A DNA stretch of 46,860 bases, from assembly GCA_945861645.1 (NCBI GenBank), contig CAMAVZ010000015.1, positions 1 through 46,860 of the forward strand, given 5' to 3'. The notes under the pieces were generated by a model. The model made no database searches. It worked only from the letters and a program-made list of their open reading frames with translations, and was not told the DNA's origin. The translations under genes were made by a program, and so were the position numbers. The first letter of the stretch is position 1, and every line of letters starts with the position of its first letter. Positions 29,775 through 39,156 of this stretch are shown here, piece by piece. The DNA is from Opitutus sp. GAS368 (GTDB taxonomy: Bacteria > Verrucomicrobiota > Verrucomicrobiia > Opitutales > Opitutaceae).

Positions 29775-29837
29775 AGGTTAAGAGAGCGTCGCCCGACCGA
29801 CTATGAGAAATTCATTTTTTAAAATGAGATTTCTTGC
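29775..29837 (-). promoter_or_regulatory. Tandem direct-repeat operator plus -10 upstream of the multidomain gene
   Basis: Minus strand: gcaagaaatctcatt (29837-29823) and aatgaatttctcata (29816-29802), 21 bp period; TAACCT (29780-29775). Confidence 0.55.
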
Positions 29838-29920
29838 GGGAATTTTTTGGCTAAAATAATTACATCGGCGTCGACAGTTTTAGAAATTCTTCTCAGATTA
29901 ATCCTTGGCGTCTTTGTGCT

Positions 29921-31192
29921 ATGAAGCTCTGTTTTATTATTATTTCACTTTTGAGTGGGCTCCTCAATGGCGCTTGGGCGGCGGGGGACAACCCCGTGCT
30001 CTACTGGAACGAACAAGCGCTGAACGCCACCCGTCTGGCGCGCAATCCGCCGCCGATTGCTTCAGCGTATTATGCGACTTACCACGCGGCGATCTTTGAT
30101 GCGGTGAACGGCATCACCAGCACGCACCGCGGATGGTTGGTGCAAGCATCTGCGCCGACGGGGGCTAATCCGGCCGCGGCGATCGCTAGCGCTAGCTTTG
30201 CCGTTCTGAATGCGCTTTGGGGTCAGGCGGCTAATCCCCGCAACTTTCAGCTCGCTTATGATCATGCGCTCGAGGCGATCCCAGATGGCCCGGGCAAAGA
30301 AAATGGCCTCGCTTGGGGTCGGCAAGTGGCCGCACTGATTTTAGCTAATCGCGCCCAGAGTGGTTTCGACCGGCCTAGGCCTGGCCAATACGCGAGCACG
30401 GAACCGGGCTTATGGCGCGAAACGCCGCCGGGATTTCGTCCGCCCGTATTGCCCTATTGGGGCAAGGTTACCCCTTTCGTGCTCACCTCCCCGGCGCAAT
30501 TTCGCGCGCCGCCGCCGCCGTTATTAACGTCCCAGTCGTACGCCGATGAATTGGCCCAGATCAGTCGTATCGGCGGGCGGGATGGGGCTGAGCGCACTGA
30601 ATATGAGACGCTCAGTCCAGCTTTTTGGGCTGACGATCTGGGCACGGCCACGCCGCCAGGGCACTGGAATGTAATCGCGCAGGATCTCGCTCGGCGGAAT
30701 CAATTATCGACGGAGGCAACCGCGCGCTTGTTTGCGCTCTTAAATCTAGCGACCGCGGATGCGGCGATCGCTTGCTGGGAGACCAAATATTTCTATCGCA
30801 CTTGGCGACCCGAGACCGCCATCCGCGAACTTGATGCAGTGCTCAATCCCTTCGTGCGGCCGCAGCCCAATTTTATTCCGCTCATGGTGACGCCGGCGTT
30901 CCCAGGCTATGTCTCGGGGCACAGCACATTTTCAGCTGCCGCCGCACAGATTCTAACGCACTTCTTTGGTACCGATGATATAGAATTTACGGTCACCTCA
31001 GAAGGGCTGCCCGGCGCCGTGCGTTCCTTTAAACAACTTTCCGCCTGTCGCGATGAGATCGGTCGCAGTCGGCTATTCGGCGGAATTCATGTGCGTTCAG
31101 ATGATGCGGCCGGCCAGGCCATGGGTATAAAAATAGGCGATTGGGTGTTCGCGTATGCGTTGCTTCCTAACCCCACCCCTCGGAGGCCTTGA
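29921..31192 (+). CDS. Secreted vanadium-dependent haloperoxidase / PAP2 superfamily protein
   Basis: Signal peptide; KYFYRTWRP (K-x6-RP), PAFPGYVSGHS, SRLFGGIH. Confidence 0.85.
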   Translation: MKLCFIIISLLSGLLNGAWAAGDNPVLYWNEQALNATRLARNPPPIASAYYATYHAAIFDAVNGITSTHRGWLVQASAPTGANPAAAIASASFAVLNALWGQAANPRNFQLAYDHALEAIPDGPGKENGLAWGRQVAALILANRAQSGFDRPRPGQYASTEPGLWRETPPGFRPPVLPYWGKVTPFVLTSPAQFRAPPPPLLTSQSYADELAQISRIGGRDGAERTEYETLSPAFWADDLGTATPPGHWNVIAQDLARRNQLSTEATARLFALLNLATADAAIACWETKYFYRTWRPETAIRELDAVLNPFVRPQPNFIPLMVTPAFPGYVSGHSTFSAAAAQILTHFFGTDDIEFTVTSEGLPGAVRSFKQLSACRDEIGRSRLFGGIHVRSDDAAGQAMGIKIGDWVFAYALLPNPTPRRP

Positions 31193-31196
31193 ACTG

Positions 31197-34100
31197 ATGC
31201 GTGCGGCGCTTTTCATGGTAGGAGGAATCAGCCTGACGGTCAGCCTTTGGGCAGCTAATTTTTCGGCGTCTCTTTTACCGGCTCGCTCGCTCGCTCCGAC
31301 GGGGAGCAGGCTTTTTACCGTACTCTCGCCGACCGAGACCGGCGTGAACGGGTCCAACGTTTTCAACGACCCCCGCATGTGGGGCGCGCGCTTTCGCGAA
31401 CTCACGTTAGGCGCGGTAGAGACCGGCGTTGCCGTCGCGGACTTCGATCGCGACGGCCGGCCGGATATTTTTTCTGTTTCGAAAAATGGCCCGTGCGCGC
31501 TTTATCGGCAGATCGCGCCCTTCGAATTTACCGACGTTGCGGCGACTGCCGGTGTGACTGCGGCTGAGCCGGGCGCCAGCAAAACCGGAGCCACGGTGGT
31601 GGACCTGAACCAAGATGGCTGGCCTGACATCTACGTCTGTCGCTACGACGCCCCGAATCTATTATTTATCAATAATCATGACGGTACCTTCACCGAGAGC
31701 GCCAAAGTCTACGGGCTCGATATCAAGGACGCGTCCGTCCACGCCGTTTTTGCCGACTACGACCGCGATGGGTATCTGGACTGCTATCTTGTCACCAACA
31801 TTCTTGATTTTTCCCAGGCGCCGCAGGGCCGGCGCGACTACCTGCTCCGCAACAATGGCAACAACACCTTCACCGATGTCTCCAAGGCGGCGGGCATCTG
31901 GGGTCTGACGCAGGGCCACACGGCGCTCTGGTTCGATTGTAATCACGACGGCTGGCCGGACCTCTATGTTGCTAATGATTTCGAAACGCCTGACCGGCTC
32001 TATCTTAATAATGGTAATGGCACCTTCACTGATGTGGTCGATGAGCGCCTGCCGCATGTAACCTATTTCTCTATGGGCGCCGATGCCGGCGATCTGAATA
32101 ACGATGGCCTCATTGATTTTTTTATCACTGACATGCGCGACCGCCACCACGCGGAGTTCATGACCGGCATGGAAGAAATTGGGCGCGGTCTCTGGGAGAG
32201 CGAACGGCCGACTGCACTTATCCCGCAATACATGTGGAACGCGGTTTACCTCAATACCGGCACCGACCGCTTCGCTGAAGTGGCACATCTCACCGGGATG
32301 GAAGCGACCGGCTGGACCTGGTCGGCCCGGCTCGGCGACCTAGACAACGACGGCCGCCTCGATGTTTTTGTGACCGCCGGGATGATTCGTAACTTCATCG
32401 ATGCTGATCTGGTCGATAAACAGAACATCGCGCCGAATCTGGCGGCGCGGGCCGGCGTGTGGAAAAACGCCCAACCGCGGCACGAAACCACACTCGCCTA
32501 CCGCAATCTCGGTGATCTGAGATTTGCCAACGTTTCCGCTGAGTGGGGCCTCGACCACAACGGCGTCAGTTTTGGCTGCGCCGAGGTCGACCTCGACGGT
32601 GACGGCGACCTGGATCTGGTCTTCGCCAACTACAACGAGCCGCCCACGGTCGTCCGCAACAATACCATCGGCGGGCACCGCGTGGTGATCAAGCTCGCTG
32701 GCCGCGCGCCCAATTTAGACGGGATCGGGGCGGAACTGCAGATCGAGACAGCTTCCGGCCGGCAAGTGCGGCAACTCTTTACCGAGCGCGGCATCGTTGC
32801 CAGCGAACCACCCCTCGTCCACTTTGGCCTCGGCGACGACACCACCATCAAGCAACTCACCATTCGCTGGCCGCGCGGCCAGATACAGGTGCTGGAAAAT
32901 ATCCCGGCTGACCAGATGCTCACGATTGCCGAGCCGCCGCTGGCCACGGCAACAAAACCGGCGCCGGCTAGCTTCCGAACTCCCGCGCGCCCGGACGCTT
33001 TATTTACCGAGTCCGCCGCCGGGCTTGGGCTCAAGCATACCAGCCAGTTGAGTCCCTTAGACGAGTTCACGCGCCAGCGCCTTCTGCCGCGTCGCTTGAA
33101 CGGTTTGGGCCCGGTGCTGGCGACGGCCGACGTAAACGGGGATGGCCTCGCCGATCTTTTCGTTTCCGGTGCGGCCAGACAGTCCGGTGAACTCTTCCTC
33201 GGCCAGTCCGACGGTCGCTTTTTAGCCGCGCCCCATCAGCCATGGGCTGAGGCTGCCGAAGCGGATGATGTTGGCGCGGTGTTTCTCGACGTGAACGGTG
33301 ACGGACATCCCGACCTGTTCATCGCGGCCGGCGGGGTGCGCAAGCTCTCGGGCGATGCCTTGCTCAACGACCGGCTTTACCTGAACGACGGCCACGGCCG
33401 CTTCACACTCGCTCCGGTTGGCACGCTGCCGCCCGATGGGGAGAGCACCGCGGCGACGGCGACCGCTGATTTCGATGGCGACGGCCGCGCGGATCTTTTT
33501 GTCGGTGGCCGGGTCGTCCCGGGAAAATACCCGGCGACGCCGCGCAGCTTTATTTACCACAATGTCGGCGGAAAATTAGTCGATGTGACCGACGAACTCG
33601 CCCCGGGCCTGCGCACCATCGGCATGGTAACGGCCGCGGTCTGGGCTGATGTGGATGGCGACCAGCGTCCTGATCTTATCCTCGCAATTGAGTGGGGTCC
33701 GATTTCCTACTGGCATAACACGGGTCATGGCTTCGAAAACCTTACGGGGACGGTCGGGCTTGCCGCCGTCACCGGTTGGTGGAGCGCGCTGACTGTGGCG
33801 GATGTTAACGGCGACGGCCGACCTGATTTCATCGCTGGCAATGTGGGCCTTAACACGAAGTACCACGCCAGTGCCGCTGAGCCGACGGTCCTCTTCGCTG
33901 GGGATTTCGACGGCCGCGGCAAGGAGCAGCTCGTCGAGGCGCAGTTTGAGGACGGCAAACTTTTTCCGGTGCGCGGCCGTAGCAAGCTGGCCTACGCCTT
34001 TCCGTGGCTACCGAAAAAGTTCCCCACGTATCAAGCCTACGCGCACGCGACGGTGGAGGATATTTTCGGGGCCAAGCCGCTTGCCGCTGTGCGCCAGTTG

Positions 34101-34532
34101 GCCGCCACAGAACTGGCCAGCGGGATCTTTCTCCAGCAGCCCGACGTTACCTTCCGGTTTCAGCCGCTGCCGCGACTCGCCCAAATCGCCCCGATCAATG
34201 CGATCGTAGCGCGCGATTTCGATGGGGATGGCTCGCTCGATCTTTTTTGTGTCGGCAATAATTTCGGACCCGAAGCGAACACCGGCCGTTTCGATGGGGG
34301 CCTAAGTGGGTTGCTGAAGGGGAACGGCCGCGGCCGCTTCACAGCGCTGATGCCTGCTCAGTCCGGCCTGAGTGTTGTGGGCGACGCCCGATCGGCGGTC
34401 GCGCTTGCTTTGCCCAGCGATAAGCGTCCAGCCATTGCCGTTGCTCGCTGTGACGGACCGGTGCTGCTGTTCACTCCGGCGAAGCCTGAACGCGGAATCG
34501 AGCCAGCTTTTTCTGCCCCCCTTAGGCAATGA
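31197..34532 (+). CDS. Second secreted ASPIC/UnbV (CRTAC1-like) FG-GAP/VCBS protein
   Basis: GGAGG then ATG 31197 (ORF track starts at 31155); signal peptide; many DxDxDG loops; ASEPPLVHFGLG...IRWPRG; collinear with 19888-23499. Confidence 0.88.
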   Translation: MRAALFMVGGISLTVSLWAANFSASLLPARSLAPTGSRLFTVLSPTETGVNGSNVFNDPRMWGARFRELTLGAVETGVAVADFDRDGRPDIFSVSKNGPCALYRQIAPFEFTDVAATAGVTAAEPGASKTGATVVDLNQDGWPDIYVCRYDAPNLLFINNHDGTFTESAKVYGLDIKDASVHAVFADYDRDGYLDCYLVTNILDFSQAPQGRRDYLLRNNGNNTFTDVSKAAGIWGLTQGHTALWFDCNHDGWPDLYVANDFETPDRLYLNNGNGTFTDVVDERLPHVTYFSMGADAGDLNNDGLIDFFITDMRDRHHAEFMTGMEEIGRGLWESERPTALIPQYMWNAVYLNTGTDRFAEVAHLTGMEATGWTWSARLGDLDNDGRLDVFVTAGMIRNFIDADLVDKQNIAPNLAARAGVWKNAQPRHETTLAYRNLGDLRFANVSAEWGLDHNGVSFGCAEVDLDGDGDLDLVFANYNEPPTVVRNNTIGGHRVVIKLAGRAPNLDGIGAELQIETASGRQVRQLFTERGIVASEPPLVHFGLGDDTTIKQLTIRWPRGQIQVLENIPADQMLTIAEPPLATATKPAPASFRTPARPDALFTESAAGLGLKHTSQLSPLDEFTRQRLLPRRLNGLGPVLATADVNGDGLADLFVSGAARQSGELFLGQSDGRFLAAPHQPWAEAAEADDVGAVFLDVNGDGHPDLFIAAGGVRKLSGDALLNDRLYLNDGHGRFTLAPVGTLPPDGESTAATATADFDGDGRADLFVGGRVVPGKYPATPRSFIYHNVGGKLVDVTDELAPGLRTIGMVTAAVWADVDGDQRPDLILAIEWGPISYWHNTGHGFENLTGTVGLAAVTGWWSALTVADVNGDGRPDFIAGNVGLNTKYHASAAEPTVLFAGDFDGRGKEQLVEAQFEDGKLFPVRGRSKLAYAFPWLPKKFPTYQAYAHATVEDIFGAKPLAAVRQLAATELASGIFLQQPDVTFRFQPLPRLAQIAPINAIVARDFDGDGSLDLFCVGNNFGPEANTGRFDGGLSGLLKGNGRGRFTALMPAQSGLSVVGDARSAVALALPSDKRPAIAVARCDGPVLLFTPAKPERGIEPAFSAPLRQ

Positions 34533-35895
34533 AGGAGTAATCGTACGGCTTGCGCATTTCGCGGGCTACATAGCGGTTTGCTTCTTGGGCGCCGGAGCCA
34601 ATGAATTTTTCCGCGTTGGAATCCCATTCGAGTTTGTGTCCGGTGCGCAACGCGATGGCGCCGAGGTGGCACATGGTCGCGGAGCGATGGCCGGTCTCGA
34701 CGTCGCAGATGGGCAGGGCCCGCGAACGCACGCAGTCGAAGAAATTAGCCATATGGTTTTTGCTCTCGTAGAGCCGCACCGCATCGGCGGGCAGCGGATC
34801 CTTGAGCAGGAGCGGATCACTGGCCTTGATCTCGTCGCGATTCACCCAGATCCAACCGTTGGGGCCCTCGAAGCGGATGCCGTTGCGCTGGCCTGCGGCA
34901 TTGATGACTCCGCCGAAAATCGAGTCATCTTTGGTGGTATTAATCTGCAGACCGATGCCGTTGGTGTAGGTGTACTTCACCTCGTAATCGGCGTAGGCGT
35001 TATAACCGCCCGGGATGGGCTGGGATAAGGCGCGCGCTTCGACTTTGCTGGGGGCCAGCAGCCCGATCGCCCAATAGGCGATGTCGTTGTGGTGGGCGCC
35101 CCAGTCGGTCATCGTCCCGCCGGAATAATCATACCAGAAACGGAAATTGGTGTGGCAGCGTTCCTTCACATAATCCGTCGCTGGCGCTGGGCCCTGCCAG
35201 AAATCCCAATCCAATGCCGCGGGGATAGGGGTGGGGGCAAACGGGCCGGCGCGCAATCCGGCGGGCAGCCAGACTTGGGCCCGCGCTAATTTGCCTAGTC
35301 GCCCATTACGGATGAGTTCGCACGCGAGGCGAAACCGCGCGGAGCTGCGTTGCTGGGTGCCGGTTTGCAGAACCACGCCATGATTACGCACCGCGTTAAT
35401 AAGATGACGACCTTCATCAATGGTGAGGGTCAGAGGTTTCTCGCCATAGATATCCTTGCCGGCCTGCGCCGCGGCGAGGTTGACCAAGGTGTGCCAGTGA
35501 TCAGGGGTTCCATTGATGATCACGTGAATATCATCACGTGCCATGACTTGCCGAAAATCGCGGTAAATTTTAGGGGCCCGGCCTTCGACGGTAAATTCCA
35601 TCGCAGCGGCGGCGGCATGATTGGCGTCCACATCACAGACCGCGAGAATATCGCCGAAGCGGCTCGCGTTGGTGGCATCGGCCCGCCCTTGACCTCCGCA
35701 ACCAATGAGGGCGATGCCGAATCGATCATTGGGCCCGTGGCGCCGAGAAGTTTCAGCCGCTTGTAATTGCTGGCGTTCGATAAACCACCCAGGCAGGCCC
35801 GTGAGGGCCGCAAGCTGGCCGCAGCGCTGGAGGAAGGCGCGACGAGAAATGTTGGGTATCGGGCGAGGAAGCGACGACGGTTGGGGGGAGTTCAT
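34522..35895 (-). CDS. Tat-exported Gfo/Idh/MocA family NAD(P)-dependent oxidoreductase
   Basis: SRRAFL Tat motif; LIGCGGQG; GTPDHWH; YGEKPL; QTGTQQRS; DWGAHHND. Confidence 0.92.
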   Translation of the reverse strand: MNSPQPSSLPRPIPNISRRAFLQRCGQLAALTGLPGWFIERQQLQAAETSRRHGPNDRFGIALIGCGGQGRADATNASRFGDILAVCDVDANHAAAAAMEFTVEGRAPKIYRDFRQVMARDDIHVIINGTPDHWHTLVNLAAAQAGKDIYGEKPLTLTIDEGRHLINAVRNHGVVLQTGTQQRSSARFRLACELIRNGRLGKLARAQVWLPAGLRAGPFAPTPIPAALDWDFWQGPAPATDYVKERCHTNFRFWYDYSGGTMTDWGAHHNDIAYWAIGLLAPSKVEARALSQPIPGGYNAYADYEVKYTYTNGIGLQINTTKDDSIFGGVINAAGQRNGIRFEGPNGWIWVNRDEIKASDPLLLKDPLPADAVRLYESKNHMANFFDCVRSRALPICDVETGHRSATMCHLGAIALRTGHKLEWDSNAEKFIGSGAQEANRYVAREMRKPYDYSFIA

Positions 35896-35917
35896 GGGGG
35901 AGGGGAAAATTAAACGG

Positions 35918-37216
35918 TCACGCTAGTTTGGGAGGGTCAGTGCGGGTGAACGGTGCAAACCAAGCCGCGAGGATGGAGGGGATCGCGGCAAACATCACGA
36001 TGATGAAGTAAAGCTTGTACCCAAAATAATCGGCCAAGGGACCACTGATCATTTGCGTTGGCACTAACATGAGATTCATCAGCGCCGTACAGAAGGCGTA
36101 GTGCGTCATGGAATATTTTCCCGGCGAGATTTGCTGCATCATATAAAGCATATTTGCGACCATGCCAAAACTGTAGCCAAATTTCTCGATCGTGACTAAG
36201 GCGCTAATTGTCCACAGGGAGAGCGTATGGCCCGGTCCCGCTAACTGGGCCAGAATCACGAAAGTGATATGCGGCAGATTGAGGCACAGCGCCATGAAGA
36301 TCAGGGTATTTCGCTTCAGGCCATATTTGGCCATGAAGACCCCGCCGAGCAGACCGGCCCCAAGACTGGCTAGGGTACTCACGGTGCCGTCGATCAGGCC
36401 TTTTTGCTTTAATGATAAGCCGAGCCCGCCGACCGCGGTTGATGCCTGCAGGAAAAGCGGCCCTTCCACTAAAAGCAGGCCTTCCGAACTGCGGTAAAGA
36501 AACACAAACATCAGCATGCCCCAGATTTTCTCTTTACGGAAAAAATCTAAAACGGAATCCGTAAAAGTGTGCTGAATGGCCTGTAAGTTTTGGGGGCGTG
36601 CCGTGAGTGAGCCCGTGGGCAAAGCAAACCAGTGATAGAGGGCTAAGGCGCCCAGCGTGGCGCCGGCGAGTCCAAACGCCCAGCCCCAGGCGGCGGTGGT
36701 TGTCAGCCCATGATCCTCCTTGAGCGAGCCCGCCGCCCAAACGATGGCAGCGGTAGCAAAGAGGCGGCCCGCATTCCAGAAGACGCCCTGCACGCCGATG
36801 AACGCCGCCTGTTTAGCGGCATCCAGCGAGGTGATATAAATACCATCTACGCAAATATCCTGGGTCGCCGAGGCGAAGGCCAAGACCCAGAGTACGGCGA
36901 TAGTAATTTGGAAATAATTGGGCAGTGGCAGCGCCACGGCGATGCTACAGAGGAGCCCCGCCATAAGTAGCTCCATCGTGAGGACAAAGAATTTCTTGGT
37001 CCGATACATATCAAGAAAAGCCGCCCAGAATGGCTTCAGCGACCAAGCAATGCCGATGCTCCCAGTCGCGAGCGTGATCTGGGTGTCCGAGTGGCCTAGA
37101 TCCTTGAATAAGGTTCCCGCCACCCAGATGACCAAGGCGAAGGGAATGCCTTCAGCTAGATAGGCACTGGGTACCCAGCGCCAGGGACTAGGGGCAGTAG
37201 CTTGGGGGGTAGACAT
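35918..37216 (-). CDS. MFS transporter, AmpG-like
   Basis: YLAEGIPF, WSLKPFWA, ASATQDICVDG, HYAFCTALM; about 12 hydrophobic segments. Confidence 0.85.
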   Translation of the reverse strand: MSTPQATAPSPWRWVPSAYLAEGIPFALVIWVAGTLFKDLGHSDTQITLATGSIGIAWSLKPFWAAFLDMYRTKKFFVLTMELLMAGLLCSIAVALPLPNYFQITIAVLWVLAFASATQDICVDGIYITSLDAAKQAAFIGVQGVFWNAGRLFATAAIVWAAGSLKEDHGLTTTAAWGWAFGLAGATLGALALYHWFALPTGSLTARPQNLQAIQHTFTDSVLDFFRKEKIWGMLMFVFLYRSSEGLLLVEGPLFLQASTAVGGLGLSLKQKGLIDGTVSTLASLGAGLLGGVFMAKYGLKRNTLIFMALCLNLPHITFVILAQLAGPGHTLSLWTISALVTIEKFGYSFGMVANMLYMMQQISPGKYSMTHYAFCTALMNLMLVPTQMISGPLADYFGYKLYFIIVMFAAIPSILAAWFAPFTRTDPPKLA

Positions 37217-37254
37217 AGGGTAGGAAATTTTCGGGGCTAAAATTTAGGCGATAA

Positions 37255-38406
37255 TTATTTAGGCGCCTGGGGCGGAGCGGCCCCGCTTGGTAGCCCGGTG
37301 TGCGTCAGCGTCTCATAGTTGAGATTCCAAATGGCCCGCGGGGCACGCGGCCGGACTTGCTCGCTCAACAAGCGGCGGGTGTGGGGGAGGTCGACTCCCG
37401 CGCGGTTATGATAATGGTTATAGCCCACACTCCAGGTATCAAAACGATTGGGGCTGGGCCGCGGATCGCGGGCCACACCTTGCATTGAGTCACTCAAGAA
37501 TTGCTCCGCCAGTAACTCCATGGCGGCCGTATAGCGCGCTTGGTTTTCCGTGTAGAGATCGATCCCCTGATGCCAAGCGGTCTCGGCGGCGTGGAGGGCT
37601 GAACCCAGGCCATACTGCGCATGATGACCGTTGTCGCGGCAGGTTTCCTGCATTAGTCCATCGACCCACTTGAGGGGCTGGTGCCAGAATTTTTCTACAT
37701 CCCCGCCATCACCCTCAATGGGCTGGGGTCGGGGACCATCCGAGCTCAGATAGAAGTAGGCTGGGTTCCGGAGTTTCAAGCGCGCGATACCTTGGTGGAA
37801 CAAATGCTCGTCCTCATTGAAGACGGCGATGGCCATCATCGCATCGATTTGGGTCAGATCGACATTTCCGTTCCAACTGCTCGCCGTGGTCAGTTGCGGA
37901 TAAAAGGCGCGCCGAAACATAGCTTGCAGGTTCTTAATTTCGGTCGGGGTCCAGCCGGGATAAAGGCGCATGATTTCCGCCGCCGGCGCGAATACCGCGC
38001 CGATCCAGCCGGCCTGCAGCCGATCTTGCGGCGTACCGGTGGTGAAGGCCTGAAGATTACTCCACGAATTCAGGATGGCGATGGCGCTCCGGGCATAGGC
38101 CTCTTCGCCGGTGAGATACCACAGCAGCGCTTGGCTGTAGGCCGCGGCCGCGTCGTAGCGAGAGATGTTCGCATCCTCACTCTTGGAATCGATGTTGGTC
38201 AGCCCATGTGGGCCCATGTGCGCATAGTGGGAATTCTTGATTTGCTCGAGCTCTCCCTTCCACGGCTGCGCCCCGGCCTGAATCCTCGTCTTGATAAAAT
38301 CGAGTTCGGCTTGCGAGTTGAGCGCCCCAGGATGGATAAAATCGTGGGCGCTAGTCGCCGCGGCTCCCAGACTCAACGCCAACCATAAAGTGATTAAGGT
38401 TTTCAT
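37255..38406 (-). CDS. Secreted alginate-lyase-family (PF05426-like) protein
   Basis: Signal peptide from ATG 38406 (ORF track starts at 38478); [18 protein letters not shown]...[36 protein letters not shown]. Confidence 0.75.
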   Translation of the reverse strand: MKTLITLWLALSLGAAATSAHDFIHPGALNSQAELDFIKTRIQAGAQPWKGELEQIKNSHYAHMGPHGLTNIDSKSEDANISRYDAAAAYSQALLWYLTGEEAYARSAIAILNSWSNLQAFTTGTPQDRLQAGWIGAVFAPAAEIMRLYPGWTPTEIKNLQAMFRRAFYPQLTTASSWNGNVDLTQIDAMMAIAVFNEDEHLFHQGIARLKLRNPAYFYLSSDGPRPQPIEGDGGDVEKFWHQPLKWVDGLMQETCRDNGHHAQYGLGSALHAAETAWHQGIDLYTENQARYTAAMELLAEQFLSDSMQGVARDPRPSPNRFDTWSVGYNHYHNRAGVDLPHTRRLLSEQVRPRAPRAIWNLNYETLTHTGLPSGAAPPQAPK

Positions 38407-38568
38407 GATCTGATGGTGGCGCCGGACGCCGCGGTCGCGGACCTCGGAAAATGGCCAGTAGGCGTTACAGACGCACAAGAAGCAAATGACGCAGGTCGCA
38501 TTAATAGGGGAGAATTATGCAGCGGCTGTAGGCAGTCCGCGGTCTTTAGCGAGGTTGTCAATTGGACT

Positions 38569-38630
38569 AGTCGATTTCTCAAATTTCAGACAAGGGCTCT
38601 CATTCATGCGCGGGGCTATCATGTTATATT
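38569..38630 (+). promoter_or_regulatory. Tandem direct-repeat operator plus extended -10 upstream of the IorAB-like operon
   Basis: agtcgatttctcaaa (38569-38583) and acaagggctctcatt (38590-38604), 21 bp period; TGtTATATT at 38622-38630. Confidence 0.62.
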
Positions 38631-38673
38631 AATGATTCAATGTCGCACACGCGATGGCCTGTGGCCGTATGTC

Positions 38674-39156
38674 ATGCCTACTTACACCCTAAAAATTAAC
38701 GAGTCGACTCGGACCATCGTAGCCCAGTCGGATACGCCGCTGCTCTGGGTGCTGCGTGATCAGCTCAAGCTCGTGGGGACAAAATACGGCTGCGGTCTAG
38801 GGCTTTGTGGCGCGTGCACCGTACACTTAAACGGTGCTCCGGTGCGTTCTTGTCAGTTGCCGATTTCAGCCGTCGACAGCACGCCTGTGACCACCATCGA
38901 GGGACTAGATCCAGCCGGCCACCACCCGCTGCAGAAGGCTTGGTGTGACCACGACGTGCCCCAATGCGGCTACTGTCAGGCTGGGCAGATCATGACCGCG
39001 GCCGCCTTTCTGAAGCAGAACCCCGCCCCGACGGAGCCGCAGATTAATGAGGCCATGGCGGGGGTGCTTTGTCGTTGTGGGACTTATTTGCGCATTCGTG
39101 CCGCGATCAAGGATGCCGCGAAGGCGCTGGCGGCCGTAAAAGTGGGTGCGCCATGA
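38674..39156 (+). CDS. iorA: (2Fe-2S)-binding small subunit, isoquinoline 1-oxidoreductase alpha / aldehyde dehydrogenase type
   Basis: [46 protein letters not shown] 38674 preferred (ORF track starts at 38413); symbol is family-level only. Confidence 0.9.
   Translation: MPTYTLKINESTRTIVAQSDTPLLWVLRDQLKLVGTKYGCGLGLCGACTVHLNGAPVRSCQLPISAVDSTPVTTIEGLDPAGHHPLQKAWCDHDVPQCGYCQAGQIMTAAAFLKQNPAPTEPQINEAMAGVLCRCGTYLRIRAAIKDAAKALAAVKVGAP

Noticed and set aside
17300-34400. Recurring gatggcgacgg-like nucleotide repeats as a CRISPR or repeat array
   Set aside because: They encode FG-GAP DxDxDG loops; irregular spacing and no constant repeat-spacer pattern
19888-34532. Enediyne biosynthetic cluster suggested by the UnbV domain name
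   Set aside because: No PKS, thioesterase or other enediyne cassette genes in the window
38413-38673. 87-aa N-terminal extension of the 2Fe-2S subunit in the ORF track (similar extensions at 13259, 17042, 26136, 31155, 39069)
   Set aside because: The extensions run through promoter regions or upstream genes; downstream ATGs fit family starts, signal peptides or ATGA overlaps better
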